From positions 1-64,000 of the IMG/VR virus record IMGVR_UViG_3300035181_000471: a stretch of DNA of 64,000 bases; one strand, given 5' to 3'. Below the pieces are notes generated by a model. It had not been told where the DNA came from, ran no database searches, and saw only the letters and a program-made list of their open reading frames with translations. This document shows, piece after piece, positions 30,086-38,910 of this stretch (position 1 is its first letter; every line of letters begins with the position of its first letter). The translations under genes and the position numbers were made by a program.

Positions 30086-31386
30086 TAGCTCTCCATTACT
30101 TCCTTGACCAAGTTCAGATAGCGGAACAAGGAGGTGTTCATTCCGTAATACCACATTTGCCAGTAAGTCTTGATGTCAAGAGCTTCATCATTTTCCTTCA
30201 GGTATTGCTTGAGGGTGTGCTTGAAGTTTTCCAGATTAATACCCTTAACGATGAAGCCAGGACACTCAGAGATGTAGGTATTACTAGTAACTTCGATGGA
30301 GAAGTCCTTGACCAGCACTTGCTTGGTCCCAGTGGCCGTAGTCTTGTCAAACAAGCGGCAGAAGGTCATAGGCGCACTGGAAAGCAGTAGCTCCTGGTTG
30401 TCGTCGTTGAGAAGCTCAGTGGCCTCGTAGGGGGTTCTGAGGGTCACTGTGGAGGCTACGGTAGGGGCCAGACGAACTGCGAGAGGGCCACCAAAGGCTA
30501 GGAACTCCTCTGAGTTACCTTCATCCATAGGAGTGAAGGCAAAGAAGTTCTTGAGGATCTTCTCAAGAGCGGGGGACTCATTAGGCTCAACACCCTGGAC
30601 TCCGTGCATCTTGATCTCAGCGGCTCTGGCGTTAAATTCGTCCTGATAGATGGTCTTGTCTACCTGCTTGCGTAGGAAAGTCTCAGTCCACTGTGGCTGT
30701 TCAATGCCGTAGTCTTCTTCAGGACGATAGTCGAGGAGGGGGACATCCAGTGAAGCCAGGACCGCAATGAGGTCCACTACAGCGTTCTTAGAAGCGGAAT
30801 TGAACCACACACGCTTGAGGTTGAAGTCGATGATAACCTGATACTGCTTTCTGACGATAGTGTCAGGGTCTTCCACGGATTCTGAAATCTGTTTCTTGAC
30901 CTCGGCTGGCTGGAACTTAAATGGAGAACCATAGGAGTAAGCCTGGGCCTCACGCTTGGAATTCATGTCATGAACATCTTCCCAATCAAAGTTTACGAAC
31001 CAGAGAGCGTACACACCCTCAGCAATCTTCCAGTTGTCGGTGTTGCCATCCCACAATGCATTCTCAGTGAGATCCAGGCTACCATGAGTATCAGAGATGG
31101 TGTTGGTAGCTTCATCATAGAGCCACTCGCGGCTATGGAACGAAGTGAGTAGAGCCTCAATGGGAGTGGGGTCGGTGGACTTCTTGAAGAGGACTTCTTC
31201 GACATCACCAAGACGAGGAGAGTAGAAAGGTGCGATGCCGAGAGCATGGCCCTTAGTAATGCGGGATTCAGACTTAGCCATAGTAGGCATGAGTGCGAAG
31301 CCATCAGAAGCCAGCTTCTGCTTGAAGGCATCTTCCTCAGATTCGATATTGAACACCGTCCAGGTGCCTTTTGAAAACATAGTCAT
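30085..31386 (-). CDS. RdgC-like recombination-associated protein
   Basis: N-terminal F..W.VF...KLA...F and IIDF...VWFNSAS..A.DL...L resemble RdgC as recalled. Confidence 0.5.
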   Translation of the reverse strand: MTMFSKGTWTVFNIESEEDAFKQKLASDGFALMPTMAKSESRITKGHALGIAPFYSPRLGDVEEVLFKKSTDPTPIEALLTSFHSREWLYDEATNTISDTHGSLDLTENALWDGNTDNWKIAEGVYALWFVNFDWEDVHDMNSKREAQAYSYGSPFKFQPAEVKKQISESVEDPDTIVRKQYQVIIDFNLKRVWFNSASKNAVVDLIAVLASLDVPLLDYRPEEDYGIEQPQWTETFLRKQVDKTIYQDEFNARAAEIKMHGVQGVEPNESPALEKILKNFFAFTPMDEGNSEEFLAFGGPLAVRLAPTVASTVTLRTPYEATELLNDDNQELLLSSAPMTFCRLFDKTTATGTKQVLVKDFSIEVTSNTYISECPGFIVKGINLENFKHTLKQYLKENDEALDIKTYWQMWYYGMNTSLFRYLNLVKEVMES

Positions 31387-31421
31387 TTACTTCTCCTTAG
31401 ATGGTAGTGCGGGGGAGTGAC

Positions 31422-32135
31422 CTACTCCAGTCCTTCTAATACTCGTTGAAGGGCGTCTTTTTTCACTCTGGTTTGAAGACAGTCGGATGGATCAGAGGCA
31501 GGACACTCCAATGGGACTACCTGCATGGTCTTAATGATGTTAGACAATACACCCATAGATTTCTTGCCAGCTTCATCATTATCGTAAAGGAGATAAGTGG
31601 TCCTAACTCCAAGAATACGAAGGTATTCCTCATGCTTGCGGCCAATAGACTTAGTGAGAGAAGACATGATGGGAATGCCGGGTGCCACGGCTCTTGCGGC
31701 TAGGATATCAAACGGCCCTTCGACCAGAACGACATACCCCTTTTCAAGAATCAATTTCAAGGTTTCTTCATCGTTACCAAGCCAAATGGGTCCAGCGAAA
31801 TCTTCTCGCTTAGCTCCGATTGAATAGTATTTACCTGGACCAAACATTGTGTGAAGTGGCTTGGTCTGCGCTCTCAGAAGTCCGTCTACATCAACCTCTG
31901 GAAATAGGAACATAGGGCCGGGGAACATCTTTTTAGGAACATAAAGGACCCCTAAATCTTTGATCACCGGCATAAGCTGTTCGGGTTTGATCACCCAAGA
32001 CCTCTCTTCGATGATTCTGGTGGCGGTAATCAAAATGGGGTCTTTTTCCAGCTTGGTATAGATCGCCACTGTCTTCTCGATCAGCTTAGCGATATCCTGC
32101 CACCAACCTTCTTCAGCTTTAAGTTTTAGGGGCAT
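31422..32135 (-). CDS. DNA primase TOPRIM/catalytic part
   Basis: KY, LVEGPFD, YDNDEAG, DPSD; no zinc-binding domain. Confidence 0.85.
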   Translation of the reverse strand: MPLKLKAEEGWWQDIAKLIEKTVAIYTKLEKDPILITATRIIEERSWVIKPEQLMPVIKDLGVLYVPKKMFPGPMFLFPEVDVDGLLRAQTKPLHTMFGPGKYYSIGAKREDFAGPIWLGNDEETLKLILEKGYVVLVEGPFDILAARAVAPGIPIMSSLTKSIGRKHEEYLRILGVRTTYLLYDNDEAGKKSMGVLSNIIKTMQVVPLECPASDPSDCLQTRVKKDALQRVLEGLE

Positions 32136-32184
32136 CAAATCCTCTCATTTTAATGAGACATTCCTTTAAACCCGATCTCTGTCA

Positions 32185-32619
32185 TTAAACACCTTCCAGT
32201 TGATCAGGAATATTTCGTTGCTCTACATTGGCGATTAGATTCTCTTTGGTGCTTTCGTATTCTGCTGGGTCGTCAAACTGACTTAACACCCATAGGAGCG
32301 TAGCGACATCACGGTATTCCCGGAGCATTCTCTGTGTGTTTCGGATGTCATCTGCGAAGTCCTGGGAAAGCTCTTCTTTCGTCCTGGAGGGGTGGAACAA
32401 GCTAGCATTGAGACAGTTGTCAGGGTCAGTAGTGCCACATTTAGTGCATTTGTAGCAATCAAGTTCTTCATTGTAGACCACATAGGCACAGTTCTCCCCT
32501 TTAGGTTTTAGCTTGTTTTTATAGAATCTCTTACGGTGGCGCGAGATTAGATCCTTCAATCTGGTTAGGATTTCCTTCGCGGTCTTAACCTTGATTCTTA
32601 TGGGTGGATTTGAGTTCAT
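32185..32619 (-). CDS. hypothetical Cys-rich protein
   Basis: C..C.C..C..C cluster. Confidence 0.6.
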   Translation of the reverse strand: MNSNPPIRIKVKTAKEILTRLKDLISRHRKRFYKNKLKPKGENCAYVVYNEELDCYKCTKCGTTDPDNCLNASLFHPSRTKEELSQDFADDIRNTQRMLREYRDVATLLWVLSQFDDPAEYESTKENLIANVEQRNIPDQLEGV

Positions 32620-33238
32620 CTAGTTCTTCCTGGCGAAGCTCTCTGAGGAGCGGCCCGTTTTCGACTACATAGACGCGATCTGCTGAGACAGCGAGTCCAT
32701 GCGCTTGTGTGATGGACATTACACAATACCCATAATCATCACAAAGCGTTTTGATCATTTCTGAAACTTTTGGTAGGAATTCCGGGCTTACATTGTTGAA
32801 TGATTCATCTAAGACGATGAGTTTAGCCAACTTAAATCGCTGGATCATGATCACACGGAGCAGAAAAGAAATTACATTAACGATTCCGCCACCCACGGTT
32901 CCGATTGGGGGAGCTACGAAGCCGTCCTTCTCCAACATGATTCTATAGGAATCTCCCTTAGCACCCTCTTTTCGTTCAATGATTAACTTGTAATCTGAGT
33001 CGAAAATGAGCTTAAGTCCGTCTGACACAACTGTTTCGATCTTTCCGATGCCGTTGGCAGAGATGATCTGAATGGCTTTATCCATTACTCCGATGGCCTT
33101 GACATGCGCCGCCTTACTAGCTTCTATACCTTTTATTTTGAGCCTGTTACGAGCAATGAGGGCTTCTTGGCTAGTCAGCATCGACAGCACTTCGGCCTTC
33201 CTAGCCTTAAATTCAGCTACTTCTTCCTTGCAATACAT
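32585..33238 (-). CDS. Rad50/SbcC/gp46-like ATPase, C-terminal half
   Basis: Short coil, signature VGGG, Walker B LIVLDESF, H-switch ITQ, ADRVY. Confidence 0.85.
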   Translation of the reverse strand: MYCKEEVAEFKARKAEVLSMLTSQEALIARNRLKIKGIEASKAAHVKAIGVMDKAIQIISANGIGKIETVVSDGLKLIFDSDYKLIIERKEGAKGDSYRIMLEKDGFVAPPIGTVGGGIVNVISFLLRVIMIQRFKLAKLIVLDESFNNVSPEFLPKVSEMIKTLCDDYGYCVMSITQAHGLAVSADRVYVVENGPLLRELRQEELDELKSTHKNQG

Positions 33239-33260
33239 AGCTACCTCTAGTCTATAATAC

Positions 33261-36113
33261 TCAGACTAGGGTGGTTTCCGCAGAATAAGGTGAGTAACCG
33301 TCTGGATTTAGGGAGCGCATACGAAGTCCGTAGGGCTTGGAGCTTGGAGATATTTGAGATAGCTCTGTGGATAGAATAACACCTGAATTGATGCGCTGAA
33401 TGACGGTCCAATCGGTGGCTCCGTTTGGCTTAGCCTCAATGTCATAGGAGGAGATAAGGTCAGGTCTTGTAACCGACCAAGACATAATGTATACTCCGTC
33501 AACTTCAGTTACGGTCACAACTGGGGTAGAGGGTAGGCCAGTGTACCCGACTGGCTTAGCGGTCAGGATTTCTCCAGTGGATACTACGGTGTTGATTCTG
33601 ACGGTCTTGTCCCAAACTCCGGTTACAGAGCGAACACTCAGATCAAACAGGGTTTCGTAGTATTCGTCACCTTGCAGGGTTCCGACTAGGACTTCGCCCT
33701 TGTGGAGACTCTCAACTCCAACAAATCTGACAAATTGAACATCATTTGCACCATACATGGTGAAGTCTTCAACCGATAGCTTGATGGTGGATTCAACCTG
33801 GAACGCAGACTCCTTGAACTGGAGAAGTAGCAGCCCCTCTGTAGTGTGAATTCCGATGACTCGTCTGTCCTTCACAACCCCATTGACTGTAATTCTCTTG
33901 ATGGAGTCCCCAGACACATAGTTATGCAGATTTATACTTCTCTGGGGAGCATCAGAGCAATTATCTGGGCCTGGAATCTCGTAGCGATACAGCATTCCAG
34001 TGTTGGTTAGAACTACGGTGAAATCGTTATCAGTATGCCAAGCATCCACGATACCAGGAGTGGCGTTAGGGAGAAGGCGTTTTCTGTAGAAGGTTGAATT
34101 CTCCCCGGTCACTAGGACTGAAGAGCTTGAAATCATAGTTTGTCTATCCCCGCCTAGACTGGAAGTGGAAGTTCTCATTCTGAAAAAGTCAGAGGACAAG
34201 GATCTATGGGGGTCAGTCCAGGCATTAGGCTGGTTCCTAAATACCAAAGTTTTGGGGGTAGAGACAGCCTGTGGATCACTAGTCCAGAACACTCTGGATA
34301 GACGATTGACATCCAAAAACTCCTGCTGAACGCTAGGAACCGATACATTGATGGAAGCTACAGTGGGGACATTGATGGAGTCGGAAACTGTAAGTTCGAA
34401 GGTTAGGACTTCGCCTAAAACCTTTGCTCCTACTAGGTTAACTTCAAGTGTAGCAGATTCAGTCCCTCCAATAACAGGCATATCAGTGCCAGAGGTTTGA
34501 CGCCAAGAGTAGGTCAACTCATTATTTTCGATGTCGGTAATTACTGGAGCAATCACTACTGAAGAATTTCTTGTCCCAACGATTAGGGGGATGGGCCAAG
34601 TTACCACTGGAGCAGCATTACTTGGAAGGGTGGCTACCGAAGTTACTACGCTCGGTGGGTTCAAGGGTGCTGATGTTGTGCTAAGATCCTGTACAGAAAC
34701 CTGAACAGTGATAGTCCTAGGTAGGGGTCCAATGGACTTGGATACCACTAATTCCGCAGTTTTACGCTCTGTGCCAAGTGGGGTGATAGTGTAGGGAGTT
34801 GGACCGAAAAATGGTGGAGAAATAGTGACTGACCAATTATAGGTCATGTCATCTAAGTCAGGATCAGAACTTGCGCTAGCGTCAAAAATGAATGGGACAC
34901 CACGCTGGATTACTGGAGCTTGTGGGGTCAGCTTGGCGATTGGAGCGGTGTTTAACTCAGAGATGTACAGTGGTGTAAATTGACCGGATATTGCCGTTGG
35001 AACTGAGCCAACAACTCCCCATTCTGTGTCATCATCAACTACATTTTTGGTGCCTCTGAGCCACTGAAAGCTGAGGGTATTGTAGTGTCCAGGTCTTTCC
35101 GTCAGATTTAAATTGGATTTGTCTATCTGGAAAACTCGGAGCTTTCCGGTTGCATCACTAACAAGGTCTTTGTCTAGGTAAGCTAAGTAGATGTCATCGT
35201 TAACTTTAACGGTTAGTGTCGGTTCTGAGATAGGGGAATCAATTTCTCTAAATGCCCAAATAGCACCATCAAAATAGCCTAAAACTAGAACGCTCTTTAG
35301 AGTTCTTTTGAATTTTTTGTAGTAGAGATGCGTAAATACTCTAGCTGTATTAATCCCAATAACTGTAAATTTATCATCAATAAAATCGCCAATGTAGGAA
35401 TAAACTGTAGTAGAACTGCTGTCCCAGACTCCGCCTACACTTCTAACACGCTTTTTAATAGAGTGTTGAGTGGGGGTGTCGGGTACAGATTTTGTGTGTG
35501 AAGTATAGTAAAGTTCTACAGACCCATCAGGGTTTCCGATTAAGCTGATACCACCATGGGTGTTACCAGAACGAAGGTTTGGACTGGAGGTAATTGGCAC
35601 AATAGCATAAACTTGCGTAAACTCTGCGCTTAGGTGAATACTCATCATTGTGTAGCCAGTGATGGAAGGGCTAGAGGAGTCTAGAACAGAGGATACGAGA
35701 ATATAGGAGCCATCGGGTAGCTCAATGAGATCGTAGGATGAGCGGATCTTAGAACCGGAAATAACGACAAAGGGTGAAGATAGAGTGAGGGTGTTGAGAT
35801 TGAAGGTGAATACTACAATGTCGAATAGAACGGAATTCAAAGGATTTACCTGAGATCCGATGATGTGGATACGACCCATAGTTGCATCGTAGTAAATAGC
35901 AGGGTCAAATCCGTTGTTTGGTGTTGGGAACTGGTAAGATTGCACAGTAACAAAGGACAACCCGTTATCAGCAGACCTGTACACATGGAAGGTGTTGTCA
36001 GTCTGCACATTGGAGACCACATAGATCTCCCCTGCTACCTGAACGAAGCAGGAGTTACCTGTCAAGTCAGATTTAGTCCAGGGCTGATTTGCTGGGGAAA
36101 TCCTTGTTATCAT
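33261..36113 (-). CDS. virion structural protein with PKD/Ig-like and FN3 domains
   Basis: DASASSDPD...YNW, N.AP, TYSWRQTSG...TFELTVSD; C-terminal FN3 (W..Y.I..Y.LR.R..N..G.SPYS). Confidence 0.75.
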   Translation of the reverse strand: MITRISPANQPWTKSDLTGNSCFVQVAGEIYVVSNVQTDNTFHVYRSADNGLSFVTVQSYQFPTPNNGFDPAIYYDATMGRIHIIGSQVNPLNSVLFDIVVFTFNLNTLTLSSPFVVISGSKIRSSYDLIELPDGSYILVSSVLDSSSPSITGYTMMSIHLSAEFTQVYAIVPITSSPNLRSGNTHGGISLIGNPDGSVELYYTSHTKSVPDTPTQHSIKKRVRSVGGVWDSSSTTVYSYIGDFIDDKFTVIGINTARVFTHLYYKKFKRTLKSVLVLGYFDGAIWAFREIDSPISEPTLTVKVNDDIYLAYLDKDLVSDATGKLRVFQIDKSNLNLTERPGHYNTLSFQWLRGTKNVVDDDTEWGVVGSVPTAISGQFTPLYISELNTAPIAKLTPQAPVIQRGVPFIFDASASSDPDLDDMTYNWSVTISPPFFGPTPYTITPLGTERKTAELVVSKSIGPLPRTITVQVSVQDLSTTSAPLNPPSVVTSVATLPSNAAPVVTWPIPLIVGTRNSSVVIAPVITDIENNELTYSWRQTSGTDMPVIGGTESATLEVNLVGAKVLGEVLTFELTVSDSINVPTVASINVSVPSVQQEFLDVNRLSRVFWTSDPQAVSTPKTLVFRNQPNAWTDPHRSLSSDFFRMRTSTSSLGGDRQTMISSSSVLVTGENSTFYRKRLLPNATPGIVDAWHTDNDFTVVLTNTGMLYRYEIPGPDNCSDAPQRSINLHNYVSGDSIKRITVNGVVKDRRVIGIHTTEGLLLLQFKESAFQVESTIKLSVEDFTMYGANDVQFVRFVGVESLHKGEVLVGTLQGDEYYETLFDLSVRSVTGVWDKTVRINTVVSTGEILTAKPVGYTGLPSTPVVTVTEVDGVYIMSWSVTRPDLISSYDIEAKPNGATDWTVIQRINSGVILSTELSQISPSSKPYGLRMRSLNPDGYSPYSAETTLV

Positions 36114-38404
36114 TACATTCCCTCGCCAGATCCCTCAATTTCACCCTCATTGGATTCCTTTTCCTTCAGACCTAGAGTAGTTCTAATACGGTCCATGAGG
36201 TCAGTGGCATTCTTAAGGTTTTCATCAGAGCCGATAGAAGCGTATAGGCTCTCCAAGAACGAATTGAACTTGGAATCATTAACTGAGAATAGGTCGGCTT
36301 CTAGGGCCTTCTTACAAGCCTCGGGATCAACATCCAAGAGTTCAAGGATGATGGACACAGGTAGCGAACCCTTCTGATAAAGATCGAATAACATCTGGTA
36401 AACATCGCCAGAATTTCTTAGGGCCATTCTTCCGAAGGTGACGGTGGGGTAGATCCAACGAGGACGGCCATATTTATCGGTCTCGTAGAAACCCTTCTTC
36501 ATTGCGATAGGCTTGAAAATCAATTCCTGAACAATGTAGGAGATCAAGTCACGATACTGAACATAGGTAGTGCTTAGGATTTCTAGCTGAATCTTGGTTC
36601 CAGAATACAGACCCTCACCATTTAGAATGTCTGGAGAGAATCCTAGGCCGATGGCTAGATCATTGGCGGTGTGTTGCCACTCATTGTCTAGAGATAGAAG
36701 TCTACCCTCAGACCCGATTTCGTCCCAACGAGCTTCGTAGCTGACTACGATAGTGTAATCTGGATCGCTCTTAGCTTCGTCAGCGTGTGCGCGAAGGGTT
36801 AGAACTTCATTAGGAGAAATGCCAGGAGCAACGATGAAAGTTTTAGGAGTCATGTTGCGGCTAGCTAGAGTGGTCTGCACCTGACGGAGTTTCTCACGAT
36901 AAATAATGGTTCTCATGCAACGCTGAAGAATAGAGCGTCCGTGATCTTCGAATGGGGCCTTCTTACGAGCGAAGTGAACACAGTAAGATCCCTTGAATGG
37001 GTCATCGTTTAGAGGAATGATGCCATCAGACTGTAGAGTCTCCTTGACCTCATCTGGAGTGTCAGGATTCTGAATGTAGCCAGCCTTCTGATCTTCAGGG
37101 GGCTTGTAGTAGATTGTGGAGTCCTGACCGAATACCTCAGACTTTCTGATTTCAATATTCTCAGGAGGTAGAAGCTGGATGCGGTCGAACCCAGTGTAAT
37201 TCTTGTTCTCAATGTGTTTGAAGAGTTCGAGGTCATTGGCTCTTGCCTCTCTGACATTTTTTAGCTCTTCAAGTAGTTCTTTCTTTTTCTTGAGCAAGGA
37301 TAGGTAACGCTTTAGGTCACGAGTTTCCTTGTCTTCTAGAAGAGCAGGATCGACTTCACCCATCTCATCCCCACCCATCATAGGTTCGGGAGGAGGTAGG
37401 AGGCCACCACCGCCTAGGCTAGAACCACCGGAGTCCCCTCCGATGCCTCCTAGAGGGTCAGACTCAAGAGATGGTCCAGCATCGTCACCAATAGGCTCTT
37501 CGGTGCCACCATCAGCGGGAGCGGAATCTCCAGCATCGGCACCAGCGTCAGGAGCAGGGGGTTCATCAGCAAACTTACGAGTAACTAGCTTGGCCTTCTT
37601 TAGAAGGGCTGCTACACGGCTAATCTCCCCCTTAATGGCGTCAATATCGTCCCAAGGCTCTTTGGAGAACCCGGAGATGGCATGAGCTAGCTTTGAGAGC
37701 TTGCCTAGAGAGGAACGCTTCTCTGGCACAAGGGAAGACATGATGCTGATTTCATCGCTACCCCAAGACTGGTTATAGGACTCAAATCCGCTCAAACCAG
37801 TTCCGGCGTTACGCTTTTCATCTTTGGTCTTTGCGTTAACAAAGTCTTGAGCCTTCTTGCATGGTCTGATATCTGGATCATCCTCGACATAAAGGAAGGC
37901 TTCCCCGATAGTCCAGTATTCTCTGGAGGCATGGAGAAGGGTCTCAAATAGACGGGAGTTGGTAACTAGAGACTGGAAGAAGTCAAATACATAGTCAGCG
38001 AATGCCTCGGAGGAACACTTAGGTCTCTCTAGGTTGATCTTAGACATGGGGATTTCGGTATGTAGGTCGATTCCTCTGCCTACAATGGGGTCACGATCAT
38101 AGGCTAGACGGTAGTAGCGTAGTTCCTGCGCTCTGGACTGAGGAAGCTCTAGGGAGTCAACAGGGAATTCATAGCTGTAATAGCCAATGTTGTTAGAATC
38201 CGAGATGTTAGCCATATTGTTGGTAGGGCCAGCGAAGAAGTCTGCCTTCTTCTGGATCTTGCCAGCTTGTCTAGCAAGTCTAATCTTTTCTTGGATTCGT
38301 AGATCTTCAGGCTTACCGCCTGCTTCGTTCATAGTGGTGTAACTACCTGCCGAAAACGCCTGATGCGCCTTCGGTCTCTGTCCTGGTCTGGTTCTATTTG
38401 CCAT
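36113..38404 (-). CDS. portal protein with internal low-complexity insertion
   Basis: YD.DP.V..IDL, YW.IGEAF, LPPENIE, HF.R....GRSIL, LG.SP..L.GEG. Confidence 0.8.
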   Translation of the reverse strand: MANRTRPGQRPKAHQAFSAGSYTTMNEAGGKPEDLRIQEKIRLARQAGKIQKKADFFAGPTNNMANISDSNNIGYYSYEFPVDSLELPQSRAQELRYYRLAYDRDPIVGRGIDLHTEIPMSKINLERPKCSSEAFADYVFDFFQSLVTNSRLFETLLHASREYWTIGEAFLYVEDDPDIRPCKKAQDFVNAKTKDEKRNAGTGLSGFESYNQSWGSDEISIMSSLVPEKRSSLGKLSKLAHAISGFSKEPWDDIDAIKGEISRVAALLKKAKLVTRKFADEPPAPDAGADAGDSAPADGGTEEPIGDDAGPSLESDPLGGIGGDSGGSSLGGGGLLPPPEPMMGGDEMGEVDPALLEDKETRDLKRYLSLLKKKKELLEELKNVREARANDLELFKHIENKNYTGFDRIQLLPPENIEIRKSEVFGQDSTIYYKPPEDQKAGYIQNPDTPDEVKETLQSDGIIPLNDDPFKGSYCVHFARKKAPFEDHGRSILQRCMRTIIYREKLRQVQTTLASRNMTPKTFIVAPGISPNEVLTLRAHADEAKSDPDYTIVVSYEARWDEIGSEGRLLSLDNEWQHTANDLAIGLGFSPDILNGEGLYSGTKIQLEILSTTYVQYRDLISYIVQELIFKPIAMKKGFYETDKYGRPRWIYPTVTFGRMALRNSGDVYQMLFDLYQKGSLPVSIILELLDVDPEACKKALEADLFSVNDSKFNSFLESLYASIGSDENLKNATDLMDRIRTTLGLKEKESNEGEIEGSGEGM

Positions 38405-38406
38405 AA

Positions 38407-38910
38407 TCAACCTTCAAAAGAGGGTCTAAAAGTTTCATTTTGTGGGGGCTTAGCCATAATTGCGGCAGTTGCGGCTTCTAGCTTGGCTTTATCTAGTTTT
38501 GGCTTCTTTGGCTTGCCATGCTTCTCTTGTGCTTCTTCCTTCTTTTTATGCTCGGCTTCCAGGCTTTTCTGGTAGTCTTTTTCAGCTTTATCAAGCTCTT
38601 TCTCGTAATTATTAAGGTTTTTACCAGCTACCTCAATCTCCCTGCTCAATGCCTGGAAGATTAGAGCGGAAGATTTAGCCAACATCATCAAGGATTCCTT
38701 TTCTTGAGCCACGCTAGCTAGCACTTGTCTTGAGATACCCTTGCTGTCCTGCTCAAACTGATCATAAAATTCGATCAGATTATTAAGCTGGCTCAGCATA
38801 GCCGACATAGAAGCCCTTGATCTAGATAGCATAGTTAGCTGAGTGGTCGATTTATTGAGTAATCGACCAAGAGACACATGCTTCTTATTCCTTGAAATTA
38901 TAAGGGTCAT
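38407..38910 (-). CDS. hypothetical coiled-coil protein
   Basis: Coupled ORF. Confidence 0.6.
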   Translation of the reverse strand: MTLIISRNKKHVSLGRLLNKSTTQLTMLSRSRASMSAMLSQLNNLIEFYDQFEQDSKGISRQVLASVAQEKESLMMLAKSSALIFQALSREIEVAGKNLNNYEKELDKAEKDYQKSLEAEHKKKEEAQEKHGKPKKPKLDKAKLEAATAAIMAKPPQNETFRPSFEG

